A stretch of 61,637 nt of DNA, counting the filler. It is 7 parts of 7 records of this genome, joined end to end, with 100 filler letters (N's around TTAATTAATTAA, not from the genome) between each part and the next. Parts side by side here need not be neighbours in the genome. Positions count along the whole stretch, not along the records: positions 1 to 5,639 come from SRR31156797_15515; positions 5,740 to 28,558 come from SRR31156797_15519; 5 more parts are not named here. One strand, given 5' to 3'. The notes under the pieces were generated by a model. The model did not search any database. It worked only from the letters and a program-made list of their open reading frames with translations, and was not told where the DNA came from. Numbering within the stretch: the stretch's first letter is position 1; every line of letters begins with the position of its first letter. This document shows, in pieces, positions 1 through 9,729 of this stretch. Both the position numbers and the translations under genes were made by a program.

Positions 1-759
1 AGGGGTTTTAAGTTCATGCATAATATTTCGTAAAAAAAGATTTCTTGATTCATTAAGTTGTCTGATCTCTGTAATGGCATTGTTAAATTCATTTGATACC
101 TCACTGATCTCATCTTTTCCATTACAAGATGTATCTATTTTGAGATCACCTTTAGAAAACTTGATAATATTTTGTTTGAGTCTTTGTAATGGTTGTAGTT
201 TCTTTATCAAAAATAGATAAAAGACTATAAATGTGATATTAAATAAAATAGTAAGTAAGATAAGATATTGGGTTCTATCTGAGATCTTTACTGTATCTTT
301 TATAAGTAGAGTCTCAAAATGGTCATTTTTATAAAAATATTTATATCCCTCATATTCATAAAGTTCCCATGCTATATCTGATGATAGTAGTTTTCCATCT
401 TTTTTGATTGTATTATAAGGTATTTGTGAGAGTTGTAGGTCGTATTTTTTAAGATATTCATCAAGTTTTTTAGAATCTTTTTGAAATATAAGAGGTTTAG
501 GTGGTTTTGGACGCACTTTTAACTCTTCTTTTTTTAAAGGTGGCATAGGTGGTTTATCTTTAAAAGGTTGAGTAGGAATAGGGTGTTCTTTTTCAAACTC
601 TTTATGGATAATAAAAAGGGTTTTCATATATTTATTGATCAAAAGATCAATTTGCTGCTGTTTTGTAATGTTGTATCCTATATAGATAATACCATGAACT
701 GTAACAATTAAAATGATAAAAAAAACAGTGATTCTAAAAAAAATAGAATCTTTATTGAT
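1..759 (-). CDS. Membrane sensor histidine kinase (HAMP + HisKA), 3'-truncated at the window edge; start codon uncertain
   Basis: Own translation of the minus strand: two hydrophobic segments, a Pro-rich periplasmic part, a HAMP-like segment (LQPLQRLK...KDEISEVSNEFN) and an H-box (FLRNIMHELKTP) running off position 1. It lies directly downstream of the response regulator. Confidence 0.85.
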   Translation of the reverse strand, partial: MNKDSIFFRITVFFIILIVTVHGIIYIGYNITKQQQIDLLINKYMKTLFIIHKEFEKEHPIPTQPFKDKPPMPPLKKEELKVRPKPPKPLIFQKDSKKLDEYLKKYDLQLSQIPYNTIKKDGKLLSSDIAWELYEYEGYKYFYKNDHFETLLIKDTVKISDRTQYLILLTILFNITFIVFYLFLIKKLQPLQRLKQNIIKFSKGDLKIDTSCNGKDEISEVSNEFNNAITEIRQLNESRNLFLRNIMHELKTP

Positions 760-1426
760 TGATAAGTTTATAACCCACTCCTCTAATTGAAAGTAAAAAT
801 TCTGGTTTTTTTGAAGAAACCTCGATCTTTTGTCTGATTCGTCCAATGAGAACATCAATACTTTTCATATTACTATCATATTTAATAGAATCAACATTTA
901 AAAGGAGCTCCTCTCTTGAAACTGGGTAACCACTTTTTTTAATTAAATAAGTTAAAATATGAAACTCTGCATTTGTTAGATCAAGGAGTTCCTCTTCTTT
1001 GTATATTTCCATCCTTTTCTCATCATAAGAGAAGATTCTTTTATTTTCTAGTGGTTCTATTTGAGGATGGTTTCTTTTCATTAAAGCATTGATCCGTAAA
1101 ACTAATTCTTGAGTATCATAAGGCTTGGGGATATAATCATCTGCCCCATGACTATAACAGATCGTTTTATCCTCTATATCACTTCTTGCTGTTGAGATAA
1201 TAATAGGAATATCTGATTTTCCTCGTATGATCTTACATACTTCAGTTCCATCAAGCCCAGGTAAGGAGAGATCTAAAATGACTAGATCATATTTTTCTAC
1301 ACTTAAACTACTTATACCAAGTTCTGGACAATCAAAATTTGTGATCTTTATATCATGTTGTTCTAAATACTCACTTAAAAGCTCAGCAAGTTCTATATCA
1401 TCTTCTATCATTAATATTTTTATCAT
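752..1426 (-). CDS. OmpR-family response regulator
   Basis: REC domain (LMIEDD, DLSLPGLDG, KPY) followed by a winged helix ending IRGVGYKL. Confidence 0.95.
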   Translation of the reverse strand: MIKILMIEDDIELAELLSEYLEQHDIKITNFDCPELGISSLSVEKYDLVILDLSLPGLDGTEVCKIIRGKSDIPIIISTARSDIEDKTICYSHGADDYIPKPYDTQELVLRINALMKRNHPQIEPLENKRIFSYDEKRMEIYKEEELLDLTNAEFHILTYLIKKSGYPVSREELLLNVDSIKYDSNMKSIDVLIGRIRQKIEVSSKKPEFLLSIRGVGYKLINQ

Positions 1427-1502
1427 ATAACCTCTTTAGAGTGATTTTAAATATTATATTAAAAAAAAGTAAATAGGAAGTATCAAAGAGGGATTTTTAT
1501 AA

Positions 1503-2423
1503 CTAATACCCTAGGGTTTTATCTATTTGATGTAATATATTCATATTATTTTTAGCTCTTTTATAGTTCTCTAAAACTTGTTTGATTACACTATTTGGGT
1601 CAGTCAATGAAGCACAATGTGGAGTGATAAAGATTTTTTCATGTTTCCAAAAAGGATGCTCTTTTTGTAGTGGTTCATTTTGAAAAACATCTAAGATAGC
1701 TCCATTTAAGATTTTATCTTTAAGAGCTTCTAAGAGTTCTTTTTCTACTAAATGCTCTCCTCGTCCCACATTGATCAAATAGCTATGAATATTGAGTTTT
1801 TGAAAAAGTTTAAGATTTAATATCCCTTTTGTATCGGAAGTAAGAGGAAGAAGATTGATAAGAATATCAACATCTTTTAAAAAACTTGGGAGCTCTGTAA
1901 AGCTTTGTATACCGTGAATATTTTTTTTGCTTCTTGCATACCCTTTTACAAGAAAGCCCATATCAGAAAACTTTGTAGCAGAAAAGCTTCCAAGTTGTCC
2001 TAGTCCCATGATACCTATTGTAGTATTATGTATATCTTTGCTCACTTTTGGATCCCATATGGTATTTTTTTGTTGGGTAATATAATGATATTGATTGGTT
2101 ACAATATTCATCACTATGCTTAAAAGATATTCCCACATAGAATTTACCAGTTTAGTATCAACTATCTTTGCAATAGGGATATGAGAAGGAAGGGTTTTAT
2201 TGTTTAAAATATGATCAACTCCTGCACCCATAGAGTTGATAGCTTTGAGGTTTGGAAACTCTTGAAAGTTTATAGTTTGTGCAGACCAAACAAGGGCAAA
2301 GGTGATCTTTTGTTTATCTTGTACTTTAGGATATATTTGAATATCTAAAGAACTATCAGCTTTTTTTAGAGCCTCTATCCAAGGCTCTATATCTTTATTG
2401 TCAGTAACTAAAAGGATACCCAT
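1503..2423 (-). CDS. ghrA: D-2-hydroxyacid dehydrogenase (glyoxylate/hydroxypyruvate reductase A-like)
   Basis: GAGVDH, GIMGLGQLG Rossmann motif, INVGRG, LDVFxxEPL, ITPH. Confidence 0.85.
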   Translation of the reverse strand: MGILLVTDNKDIEPWIEALKKADSSLDIQIYPKVQDKQKITFALVWSAQTINFQEFPNLKAINSMGAGVDHILNNKTLPSHIPIAKIVDTKLVNSMWEYLLSIVMNIVTNQYHYITQQKNTIWDPKVSKDIHNTTIGIMGLGQLGSFSATKFSDMGFLVKGYARSKKNIHGIQSFTELPSFLKDVDILINLLPLTSDTKGILNLKLFQKLNIHSYLINVGRGEHLVEKELLEALKDKILNGAILDVFQNEPLQKEHPFWKHEKIFITPHCASLTDPNSVIKQVLENYKRAKNNMNILHQIDKTLGY

Positions 2424-2430
2424 AGAGTTA

Positions 2431-4245
2431 TTATACTATTCCCCAGTATTTTATAAATTGATCATCCACATCGATGATCTCTCTTTTTTTAAGATCTTCA
2501 ACTACTGATTTTGTACAAACAACATCATCTGGCCATCTTCTTTTAAAATTATCGTGAGAGTTTTTATTGGTTGCATCGATTGCTATGGTATGACCTTCAA
2601 GATAGATATCTCTATTACTATCAATATTGTTTACTACTCTCCATACTAGCATATATGGATTGTCTAGTTGATTATTTTTTTCATCTACGATAACTAGTAT
2701 TTTAATATGTGAAAAGAGTGGTTTAAGTTCATCTATAAGGTATTTTTGAGATCTAAGCTTTTCTATACTTATTACAACTATAGGGTTTTTCGTATCTATA
2801 AAATATTGTTTTAAGCCTTTTATCTCAGATGAGACCTCTTTCATCCCTGAGAGTAGGGTTGTATCATCAAGGATTTCTATTCCAAGCTCTTTTATCTCAT
2901 CTCCCGTACAATCAAGTCCAAGTTTTCCACCCATAGCAAACTTTGGTGAACTATGATCAAGAGCATCAACTACCCCTTTTGTTATAAGGATATCTTCACT
3001 ATCGATTCTATTTAAAATATACGGGATGATCTCTTCAGAGTCAAGTTCAGGTGCATCCTCTCCTACAAAGATAGCATGTTTTACAAAGCTCATTTGTCCT
3101 ACACCCCAAAAAGCGTGCATCACTTGTTGTGCATGTCCTGGGTAGAGTGTTTTTATTTTTGCTAAGATCAGATTATGAAATACTCCATTTTCAGGCATAT
3201 AATAATCAATGAGATCAGGTGCAGTGGTTTTTAAAAGTGGTAAAAATATCCGTTCAGTTGCATGACCCATATATTTATCTTCTAAAAGAGGTTTTCCTAC
3301 AACTGTAGCTGCAAATACAGGATTTTTTTTACTAGTAATTGCTGTAACTTCTAAAAATGGATACTCCTCTTCTAGGGTATAATATCCTGTATGATCCCCA
3401 AAAGGTCCTTCAATTCTTAGCTTTGAGGTATCTACAAATCCCTCAATTACAAAGTCCACATCTTTTGGTACATAGATATCATTTGTGATAGATTTTACAA
3501 GCTCTGCATTTTTCTTTTTTACAAATCCATAAAGCATAAGCTCAAACACTCCAATTGGAAGTGGAGCTTGCCCACACCAGATATACATAGGATCTCCACC
3601 GATTCCAATAGATACAGGCATCTTTTTACCAGCTTTTTTATATTCATGGAAAAAATGGTTACTATCTTTGTGGATCTGCCAGTGCATTCCTAAAGTATGA
3701 TCATCATATACTTGTAATCTATACATTCCTACATTGTGCATTTTTCCATCAAGTGAAGTGGTATAGACCTGTCCCATAGTGATAAAAGGACCACCATCTT
3801 GCTCCCAAGTGGTAAGGATTGGAATCTCACTTAGTTTTGCTTCCTCACCTTTTTTGATTATAGCTTGACATTCCCCTTTACCACTTAAGCGCTTTGGAAA
3901 TACTGATTTTAAAGAGAAGAGGTTTTTAAACATTGAAAGTTTATCCATAAATCCACTTGGTGATTTCATCTTTAGAAGCTTTTCTATTTCAGCTCCTATC
4001 TCATCTCCATCACCTATAAAAAGCTTTACTGCTTCATCATTACAAAAAACATTCATTAAAACTGGGGTGTCAAATTTTTTATCTGTTTTTTTGTCAACTG
4101 GATTGGTAAAAAGAATAGCTTTACTTGTCTCTTTCTTTACTTCAATATAAGCAACATGAGGAATCTCTAAATAAATATCTAAAGGTTCATCGATCACTTT
4201 TAATAAATCATTTTGTTTGAGTTTATCTATTATTTCATTTTTCAA
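2431..4245 (-). CDS. UbiD-family decarboxylase (menaquinone/futalosine pathway type)
   Basis: NVGMYRLQ, EGPFGDHTGYY, DALDHS motifs; 604 aa with a C-terminal extension; TTG start. Confidence 0.9.
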   Translation of the reverse strand: MKNEIIDKLKQNDLLKVIDEPLDIYLEIPHVAYIEVKKETSKAILFTNPVDKKTDKKFDTPVLMNVFCNDEAVKLFIGDGDEIGAEIEKLLKMKSPSGFMDKLSMFKNLFSLKSVFPKRLSGKGECQAIIKKGEEAKLSEIPILTTWEQDGGPFITMGQVYTTSLDGKMHNVGMYRLQVYDDHTLGMHWQIHKDSNHFFHEYKKAGKKMPVSIGIGGDPMYIWCGQAPLPIGVFELMLYGFVKKKNAELVKSITNDIYVPKDVDFVIEGFVDTSKLRIEGPFGDHTGYYTLEEEYPFLEVTAITSKKNPVFAATVVGKPLLEDKYMGHATERIFLPLLKTTAPDLIDYYMPENGVFHNLILAKIKTLYPGHAQQVMHAFWGVGQMSFVKHAIFVGEDAPELDSEEIIPYILNRIDSEDILITKGVVDALDHSSPKFAMGGKLGLDCTGDEIKELGIEILDDTTLLSGMKEVSSEIKGLKQYFIDTKNPIVVISIEKLRSQKYLIDELKPLFSHIKILVIVDEKNNQLDNPYMLVWRVVNNIDSNRDIYLEGHTIAIDATNKNSHDNFKRRWPDDVVCTKSVVEDLKKREIIDVDDQFIKYWGIV

Positions 4246-4369
4246 AGGGTATGTCCTTTTTGGTGTAGTTTAAAAATTATATCGAAAAATATATAATTGT
4301 GTAGATGATATATGTTTGTTGAACCTTTTTAGAGCAAATTAAATCCACACTAAATTTCTTTATAACTCA

Positions 4370-5639
4370 CTACGAACATAAGCTTTCTAAAATAATCAGT
4401 GCATAAGGATGGTTTTTATCTAAAATATGTTGTTTTACAAGTGTAAATAATTGAAGTTTATCTTTATCTAGTTGAGTTGGGTTAATTTGATCAATAAGTA
4501 TTTCAAGCTCTTCAAAATCATCTTCTAAGAGTTTTGAGTGGAGCTTTGAGAAAAGGTGTTGATTTTGATTTAAAAAACTATTTAAAGAGTTGAGAAGGTT
4601 TTCAAAATTTATAGGTTTATTAAGGTGGGCATTCATCCCTATCTTTTTACTTTTTTCAATATCTTCTTTCATAGCATTTGCACTTAAAGCAATAATAGGA
4701 ATTTTTTTGTCCAATTCTCTTATAATACTTGTCGCTTCATATCCGCTCATGATCGGCATCTGTATATCCATCAGTATTAAGTCGTATTTGCTTGGAGAGT
4801 TTTTATATAAATCTACTGCTTCTTGCCCATTTGAGGCGATATCAATAGCTATTTTTGTAGGTTCTAGAACCCCTTTAATAATCTCTTGATTGGTATTATT
4901 ATCTTCTGCAAGTAATATAGTATAGTTTTCAAAGTTATTTTGTGTTGATGTTGTAAGATGAGCTTGCTTAGACTTATTTGTATTTACCGTATTGTTTCGT
5001 TGAAGATCAAGTTCAAAAAAGAAACTACTCCCTTTGTTGTAAGTACTTTCAACCCATATTTTCCCATTCATCAGTTCAACTAGTTGTTTAGAGATACTGA
5101 GTCCTAGTCCTGTACCCCCATATTTTCTAGTGGTACTCCCATCTGCTTGAGAAAAAGATTCAAAGAGTTTTGATATTTGCTTTTCACTAAGTCCAATCCC
5201 TGTATCTTTTACTTCAAATAATACCTGTGATGAAGAGGTTTGTTTTATAAATAGAGTGATAAAACCATTTTCTGTGAATTTTACAGCATTACTAAGAAGA
5301 TTGGTAAGTATTTGGGCAATTCTTAATTTATCTCCATAATAAGAGTTTCCAAGAGATGGATCATACTTTATAGAAGTGATTAAGCCTTTTTGTTTTGCTT
5401 TAAGTTGTATCATTTCAAAAACTTCATTGATAAGTTCAAAAAGATCAAAGTCTATTTTTTCTATATGTAATTTACCAGCTTCAATTTTACTGAAATCTAA
5501 GATATCATTGAGGATACCTAAAAGGTTTTTGGCACTCGTATCAATCTGTTTAATATATCGTTGCTGTTTCTCATTGAGTGGGGTTTGTAATGCTAAATGG
5601 GACATCCCAATGATACCATTCATTGGAGTTCGTATCTCA
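4370..5639 (-). CDS. Hybrid sensor histidine kinase/receiver, 5'-truncated by the contig end
   Basis: EIRTPMNGI, NLLSNAVKFT, DTGIG, GGTGLGL, then a REC domain (LAEDN, LMDIQMP, KP). Confidence 0.93.
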
Positions 5640-5739
5640 NNNNNNNNNNNNNNNNNNNNNNNNNNNNNNNNNNNNNNNNNNNNTTAATTAATTAANNNNN
5701 NNNNNNNNNNNNNNNNNNNNNNNNNNNNNNNNNNNNNNN
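5640..5739. other. Artificial contig spacer
   Basis: N44-TTAATTAATTAA-N44; base composition changes abruptly across it. Confidence 0.98.
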
Positions 5740-5821
5740 AAAGCGGCCCAGCACCTGATCGGCGTGGTTGATGTGATCGAGAAGCAGGTGAGAGTATTAC
5801 CTTAAAACCGCTATTCTCTGA

Positions 5822-7579
5822 TCAGTTTGCTGGGCCGCCGGTAAGGGGTCGGCTGATTTCCGTCATGCGAACCAGAAATGGACCGGACGGCAGAAAATCC
5901 ACCAGGCGCAGGTCTCGCCGTTCTTTACCCGTGGAATCGATGAAAACAACCGTGGGGACTCCTCTGATGTCATACTGCTTCAGCAATCTTTCGTAAACGG
6001 GATTACCCTTGCGCGTCAGATCCACTTTCACCAGGATAAAATCCTTTTTAGACCGTTTGACGATTTCCGGGTCGCGGAAGGTGATTTCATCCAACTCACG
6101 GCAGGGGGCACACCAGGCAGCGGAAAAATCGATAATTACCGGTTTCTTTTGGACAACCGCCTCTTTGAGCAACCGGTCCGAATAGGGGTGCCAAAAGGCA
6201 CCGGGCCCGGCCATGAGCAGGGAACCGATCAGAAACGTTGCGGTTAACATTCCCACAATACCGGCAATCGTTTTCATCCAGCCAAAGGCTTTAAAATTGG
6301 CCTGAGAACGGTCAATCCAGCCCAGGTGCAGACCAGCCCCCAGGGCCACGGCCGCCAGGACAACATTACCCATCGATTGGGACATCACCGGACGAATGAA
6401 GTAAGCCGCCATACCCACCAGCACCCACCCCATGAGCTTACGCACCCACACCATCCACTCGCCGCTGCGAGGCAGCCTGTCCAGCTTTCCGGAAAACAGT
6501 GCCAGCACGAACAGGGGCAGCCCCAGGCCCACGCTGAGGGAGAAAAACACCAGAAATCCCAGATAGGGATTTCCCATGCCGGCTACCCAGGTGAGCAGCC
6601 CCAGTACGAATGGGCCGATGCAGGGCGCTGCCACCACCCCCAAGGTGATCCCCATGAAAACACTGCCGAAATAGCCGGTGTAGGATTTGGAAGCCGCCTG
6701 AGTCAGCCCTTGGGGCAGTTTGAACTCCCAGAATCCAAACATGCTGGTGGCAAATGCCAGCAGAATGAGCGCTACCGCTGACAGCACAAAGGGGTTCTGG
6801 AGCATGGCCCCCATGAGCCCACCGGTAAAAGCGGCGACCACCCCCAGGCTGGAATTGGTCAGGGCCAGCCCGCCCACATAACACAGGCCATGGGCGAAGG
6901 TTTCTCCTTTTCCCTTGGAACTGCGACCGCCAAAGTAGGAGACAGTAATGGGAATCAGGGGGTAAACACAAGGGGTCAGGTTTAGCGCCATGCCGCCCAG
7001 AAAAATGCCCAGAAGGGTCCAGAGCATGGCCCAGCCCGCAAGGGAACCATACTCCTTTTCCGGCGCAGTCACCGGAGCCGGTTGATGTGATGCGGTTTCA
7101 AAAGGATGCCCCTCCGCTTTCCAGGTGGGGAACCCCATGGGATCACGGTAAACATTCGTATAGCCAAGTTTTACGGCCACCCGGGCCGCCGAGTCGCTGC
7201 GGACTCATGCCAGCCCCGCTCAGTAAAATACAATGAAACGATTTTTGTCAGGTCCGAGGAGTTTTTCCATTGCATCCTTTTTCTTCCACCGCGATAACCA
7301 GGTGGGCTCCATGGGAAAGTTCACCGCCCCTTTCATGTGCCCGGTACGATACTCCCACTCCTGGCGGGTATCTACGATGAACGTGTCATTAGGTTTCTTC
7401 CGGTACTGTTCCCACAGCTTCCCGGTGTCGATCAGGCGATATCCGCCTTTTTCAGCTTCGGCCAGAACGTCTTCATGGGTTGCCGTTTTCAGTACGACAG
7501 GACGATTCTGAAACCATAAGGCATAAACCGCTATACCCACTGCCAAAACAGCCAAAATGGTCGTTCTTGTTCTCTGCAT
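5822..7579 (-). CDS. Predicted selenoprotein: rhodanese (UxxxxU)-DsbD/CcdA transmembrane domain-thioredoxin (WCAPC) fusion, with two in-frame TGA codons
   Basis: ORFs 7220-7618 and 5822-7180 share one frame, reading RFIVFY-TGA-AGLA-TGA-VRSDSAARVAVKLGYTNVYRDPMGFPTW, a complete rhodanese fold. It continues with LNLTPCVYP, AAPCIGP and WCAPC. ATG 7579 has a GAGGA RBS. Confidence 0.85.
7173..7219 (-). promoter_or_regulatory. Two candidate bacterial SECIS hairpins downstream of the in-frame UGAs
   Basis: Hairpin A: GAGTC/GACTC, loop CGCAGC, 18 nt after the first UGA, with lower stem GGGCTG/CGGCCC. Hairpin B: GCGGCC/GGCCGT, loop CGGGT, 21 nt after the second UGA. Folded by eye. Confidence 0.55.
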
Positions 7580-7650
7580 TGGAAATCCTCTGTTTGAAGA
7601 AATATGTTCGACAGCCACATCTCAGAAAAATGAGATATAAAAATAAATAC

Positions 7651-7690
7651 ATAAATAAATATTTATACGCTATTATGTACGATGTGTCAA
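7651..7690 (-). promoter_or_regulatory. Sigma70-type promoter of the rhodanese-DsbD gene with an overlapping AT-rich palindrome
   Basis: TTGACA (7690-7685), 17 nt, TATAAA (7667-7662); ATAAATA-AA-TATTTAT at 7651-7666. Confidence 0.6.
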
Positions 7691-7828
7691 GGTAGAAATC
7701 CCCCTTCTGGACGTTAACATATGCCGACAGGGAACAGGAGGAATGCCCCGGTGTTTCCAATGTGCCACCGTTTAAGGGCTTTGGCAATTAATACTTAAAC
7801 AGCTGCTTCTTTGCTTTTTACTTTTGTC

Positions 7829-7859
7829 TTGACATGGGTGACCAGGTGGTCAACAATAT
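7829..7859 (+). promoter_or_regulatory. Putative promoter and operator of the ABC operon
   Basis: TTGACA at 7829-7834 followed by the palindrome TGACCA-GG-TGGTCA at 7839-7852. Confidence 0.45.
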
Positions 7860-7915
7860 CCGGTATGGTTAAAATTGATAAATTTTTTCTTTAAAGAAAT
7901 GATGGGGGAATCGTA

Positions 7916-8953
7916 ATGGGGCAACCGAATATTAAACGTCCTTTAGGGTTGTTGGTGTTAATGGTGCTTTTAATCTGTTGGAGCGCTACGTCCACCGTGG
8001 CAGCGGAAAAGCTTCGGGTCGGGGCTCTCAGACTGACGTCATCTGCGCCACTCTTTATTGCCGTTGAGAAAGGGTATTTCGCCGATGAAGGGTTGGATGT
8101 GGAACTTAAATTCATGAAGTCGGCCCAGCCCGTGGCCATGGCCCTGGCTTCGGGGGATGTTGACGTGGGGGCGACAGGATTGACCGCGGGCCTTTACAAT
8201 GCGGCGGCAAACGGCCTGAAGGTCAGTATCGTGGCGGATAAGGGCCGTGTCTGGCCGGGGTACAGACTGGTGGGGCTCATGGTGAGCAATGACGCCTGGG
8301 GGAAGGGCCTCGGGAGCCTTTCGGATTTCAAAGGAAAGCGGGTGGGCATCACCCAGATGGGATCCACCTTTCATTACATGCTTGGGAATATCCTGAGCAA
8401 AAACCACATGGACCTTAAAGATGTGAAACCAACCCCCTTGGGCGGCGTCAAAAGTATGATGGATGCGGTGTCCGCCAATCGGATCGAAACGGCTTTTATG
8501 GTGCAGCCTTTCTGTACGGTGATGGAAAAGAAAAAGCTGGGGCACGTGATGCTGTGGGCCGGCGATGAGATGCGTTACCAGATCGCGGCCATCTTTCTTT
8601 CCGGAAAAATGGCTGAAAATGAGGCACTGAGCGTGAAATTCCTGCGGGCCTACATTCGGGCCTGCCGGTTCTATTACGACAACTGCCTGACAAAAAAGGA
8701 TGGGGTTTTGGTGAAAGGGCCTGAGTTCAATGAGGTTATCGGCTATATTGCCAAATACACGTCCCGGAAACCGGCCCTGATCGCATTGGGGCTCAATTAC
8801 AATGACCGCGACGGCAGGCTCTTTGCAGAAGACATTCAGCGACAGATCGATTGGTATCATGATCACAAAATGGTTGGAAAAAGACTGGATGCTCGGAAAA
8901 TCGTGAACATGAAGCTGTGGCAAAAGGCCCTTGACAGCCTTGACCGAAAGTGA
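7916..8953 (+). CDS. NitT/TauT (SsuA-like) ABC transporter substrate-binding protein
   Basis: Signal peptide; PLFIAVEKGYFADEGLDVEL and KGKRVG..GST motifs. Confidence 0.9.
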   Translation: MGQPNIKRPLGLLVLMVLLICWSATSTVAAEKLRVGALRLTSSAPLFIAVEKGYFADEGLDVELKFMKSAQPVAMALASGDVDVGATGLTAGLYNAAANGLKVSIVADKGRVWPGYRLVGLMVSNDAWGKGLGSLSDFKGKRVGITQMGSTFHYMLGNILSKNHMDLKDVKPTPLGGVKSMMDAVSANRIETAFMVQPFCTVMEKKKLGHVMLWAGDEMRYQIAAIFLSGKMAENEALSVKFLRAYIRACRFYYDNCLTKKDGVLVKGPEFNEVIGYIAKYTSRKPALIALGLNYNDRDGRLFAEDIQRQIDWYHDHKMVGKRLDARKIVNMKLWQKALDSLDRK

Positions 8954-9729
8954 TGAGAGCTGTCGTCAACAACATCTGCAAAAGTTTTGAAAACCCGGAC
9001 GGAACGGTTTTTGAGGCCCTCCGGGGGATTAATTTGACCATCAGCCAGGGGGAGTTCGTGGCGGTGGTGGGCCGGTCCGGATGCGGCAAATCCACCCTGC
9101 TCAATATGGTTGCCGGTCTTCTGCCCGCCACCGAAGGGGAGGTGGTGTTTGAAGACCTTTCGGCGGATGATCGACCGCTTACATCGGTGGTGTTCCAGGA
9201 CCTGGCCCTGTTTCCCTGGCGGAGCGTCAAAAAAAATATTACCTACGGTCTGGAAGAGCAGGGGGCCTCAAAAAAATCGAGGGATGACCGGGCCTCCCAA
9301 TTGATTGACCTGGTGGGGTTGACCGGGTTTGAAGAGCATTATCCGCACCAGTTGTCCGGGGGCATGAAACAGCGGGCCGCCATTGCCCGGGCCCTGGCCG
9401 TGAACCCTGAACTGTTGCTCATGGATGAGCCCTTTTCCGCCCTGGACGCCCAGATCCGCATGGATATGCAGGTGGAACTCTCCCGCATATATGAGACCAC
9501 CGGTCAGAGTTTTCTCTATATCACCCATTATATTCCCGAGGCCGTATTCCTGGCGGACCGGGTGGTGATCATGGGGGGGCGGCCGGGCGAAATCGAATCC
9601 GTTGTTCCCATTGATCTGCCCCGGCCCCGTGAAGAAAAAGTGAAAGTGGACCCCCGTTTTGTCTCTTACCTTGAGCGGATCTGGAGCGAGGTTCGAAGAA
9701 AACCCGAGGCGTCCGGGGGGAATCAATGA
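8950..9729 (+). CDS. NitT/TauT ABC transporter ATP-binding protein
   Basis: GRSGCGKST, LSGGMKQR, LLLMDEPFSALD. Confidence 0.95.
   Translation: MMRAVVNNICKSFENPDGTVFEALRGINLTISQGEFVAVVGRSGCGKSTLLNMVAGLLPATEGEVVFEDLSADDRPLTSVVFQDLALFPWRSVKKNITYGLEEQGASKKSRDDRASQLIDLVGLTGFEEHYPHQLSGGMKQRAAIARALAVNPELLLMDEPFSALDAQIRMDMQVELSRIYETTGQSFLYITHYIPEAVFLADRVVIMGGRPGEIESVVPIDLPRPREEKVKVDPRFVSYLERIWSEVRRKPEASGGNQ

Noticed and set aside
5640-5739. TTAATTAATTAA palindrome within N-runs (six copies) as a biological repeat or attachment site
   Set aside because: It is an artificial all-frame-stop linker of fixed 100-nt format
7205-7222. Rhodanese pseudogene, or two separate genes
   Set aside because: Both stops are TGA, in frame, at the expected Cys positions, with no frameshift or other decay. 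Sec read-through is more parsimonious, though unproven.
7473-7787. 104-aa minus-strand ORF and 71-aa plus-strand ORF
   Set aside because: They run across the promoter and AT-rich operator and overlap the real gene; no protein-like features
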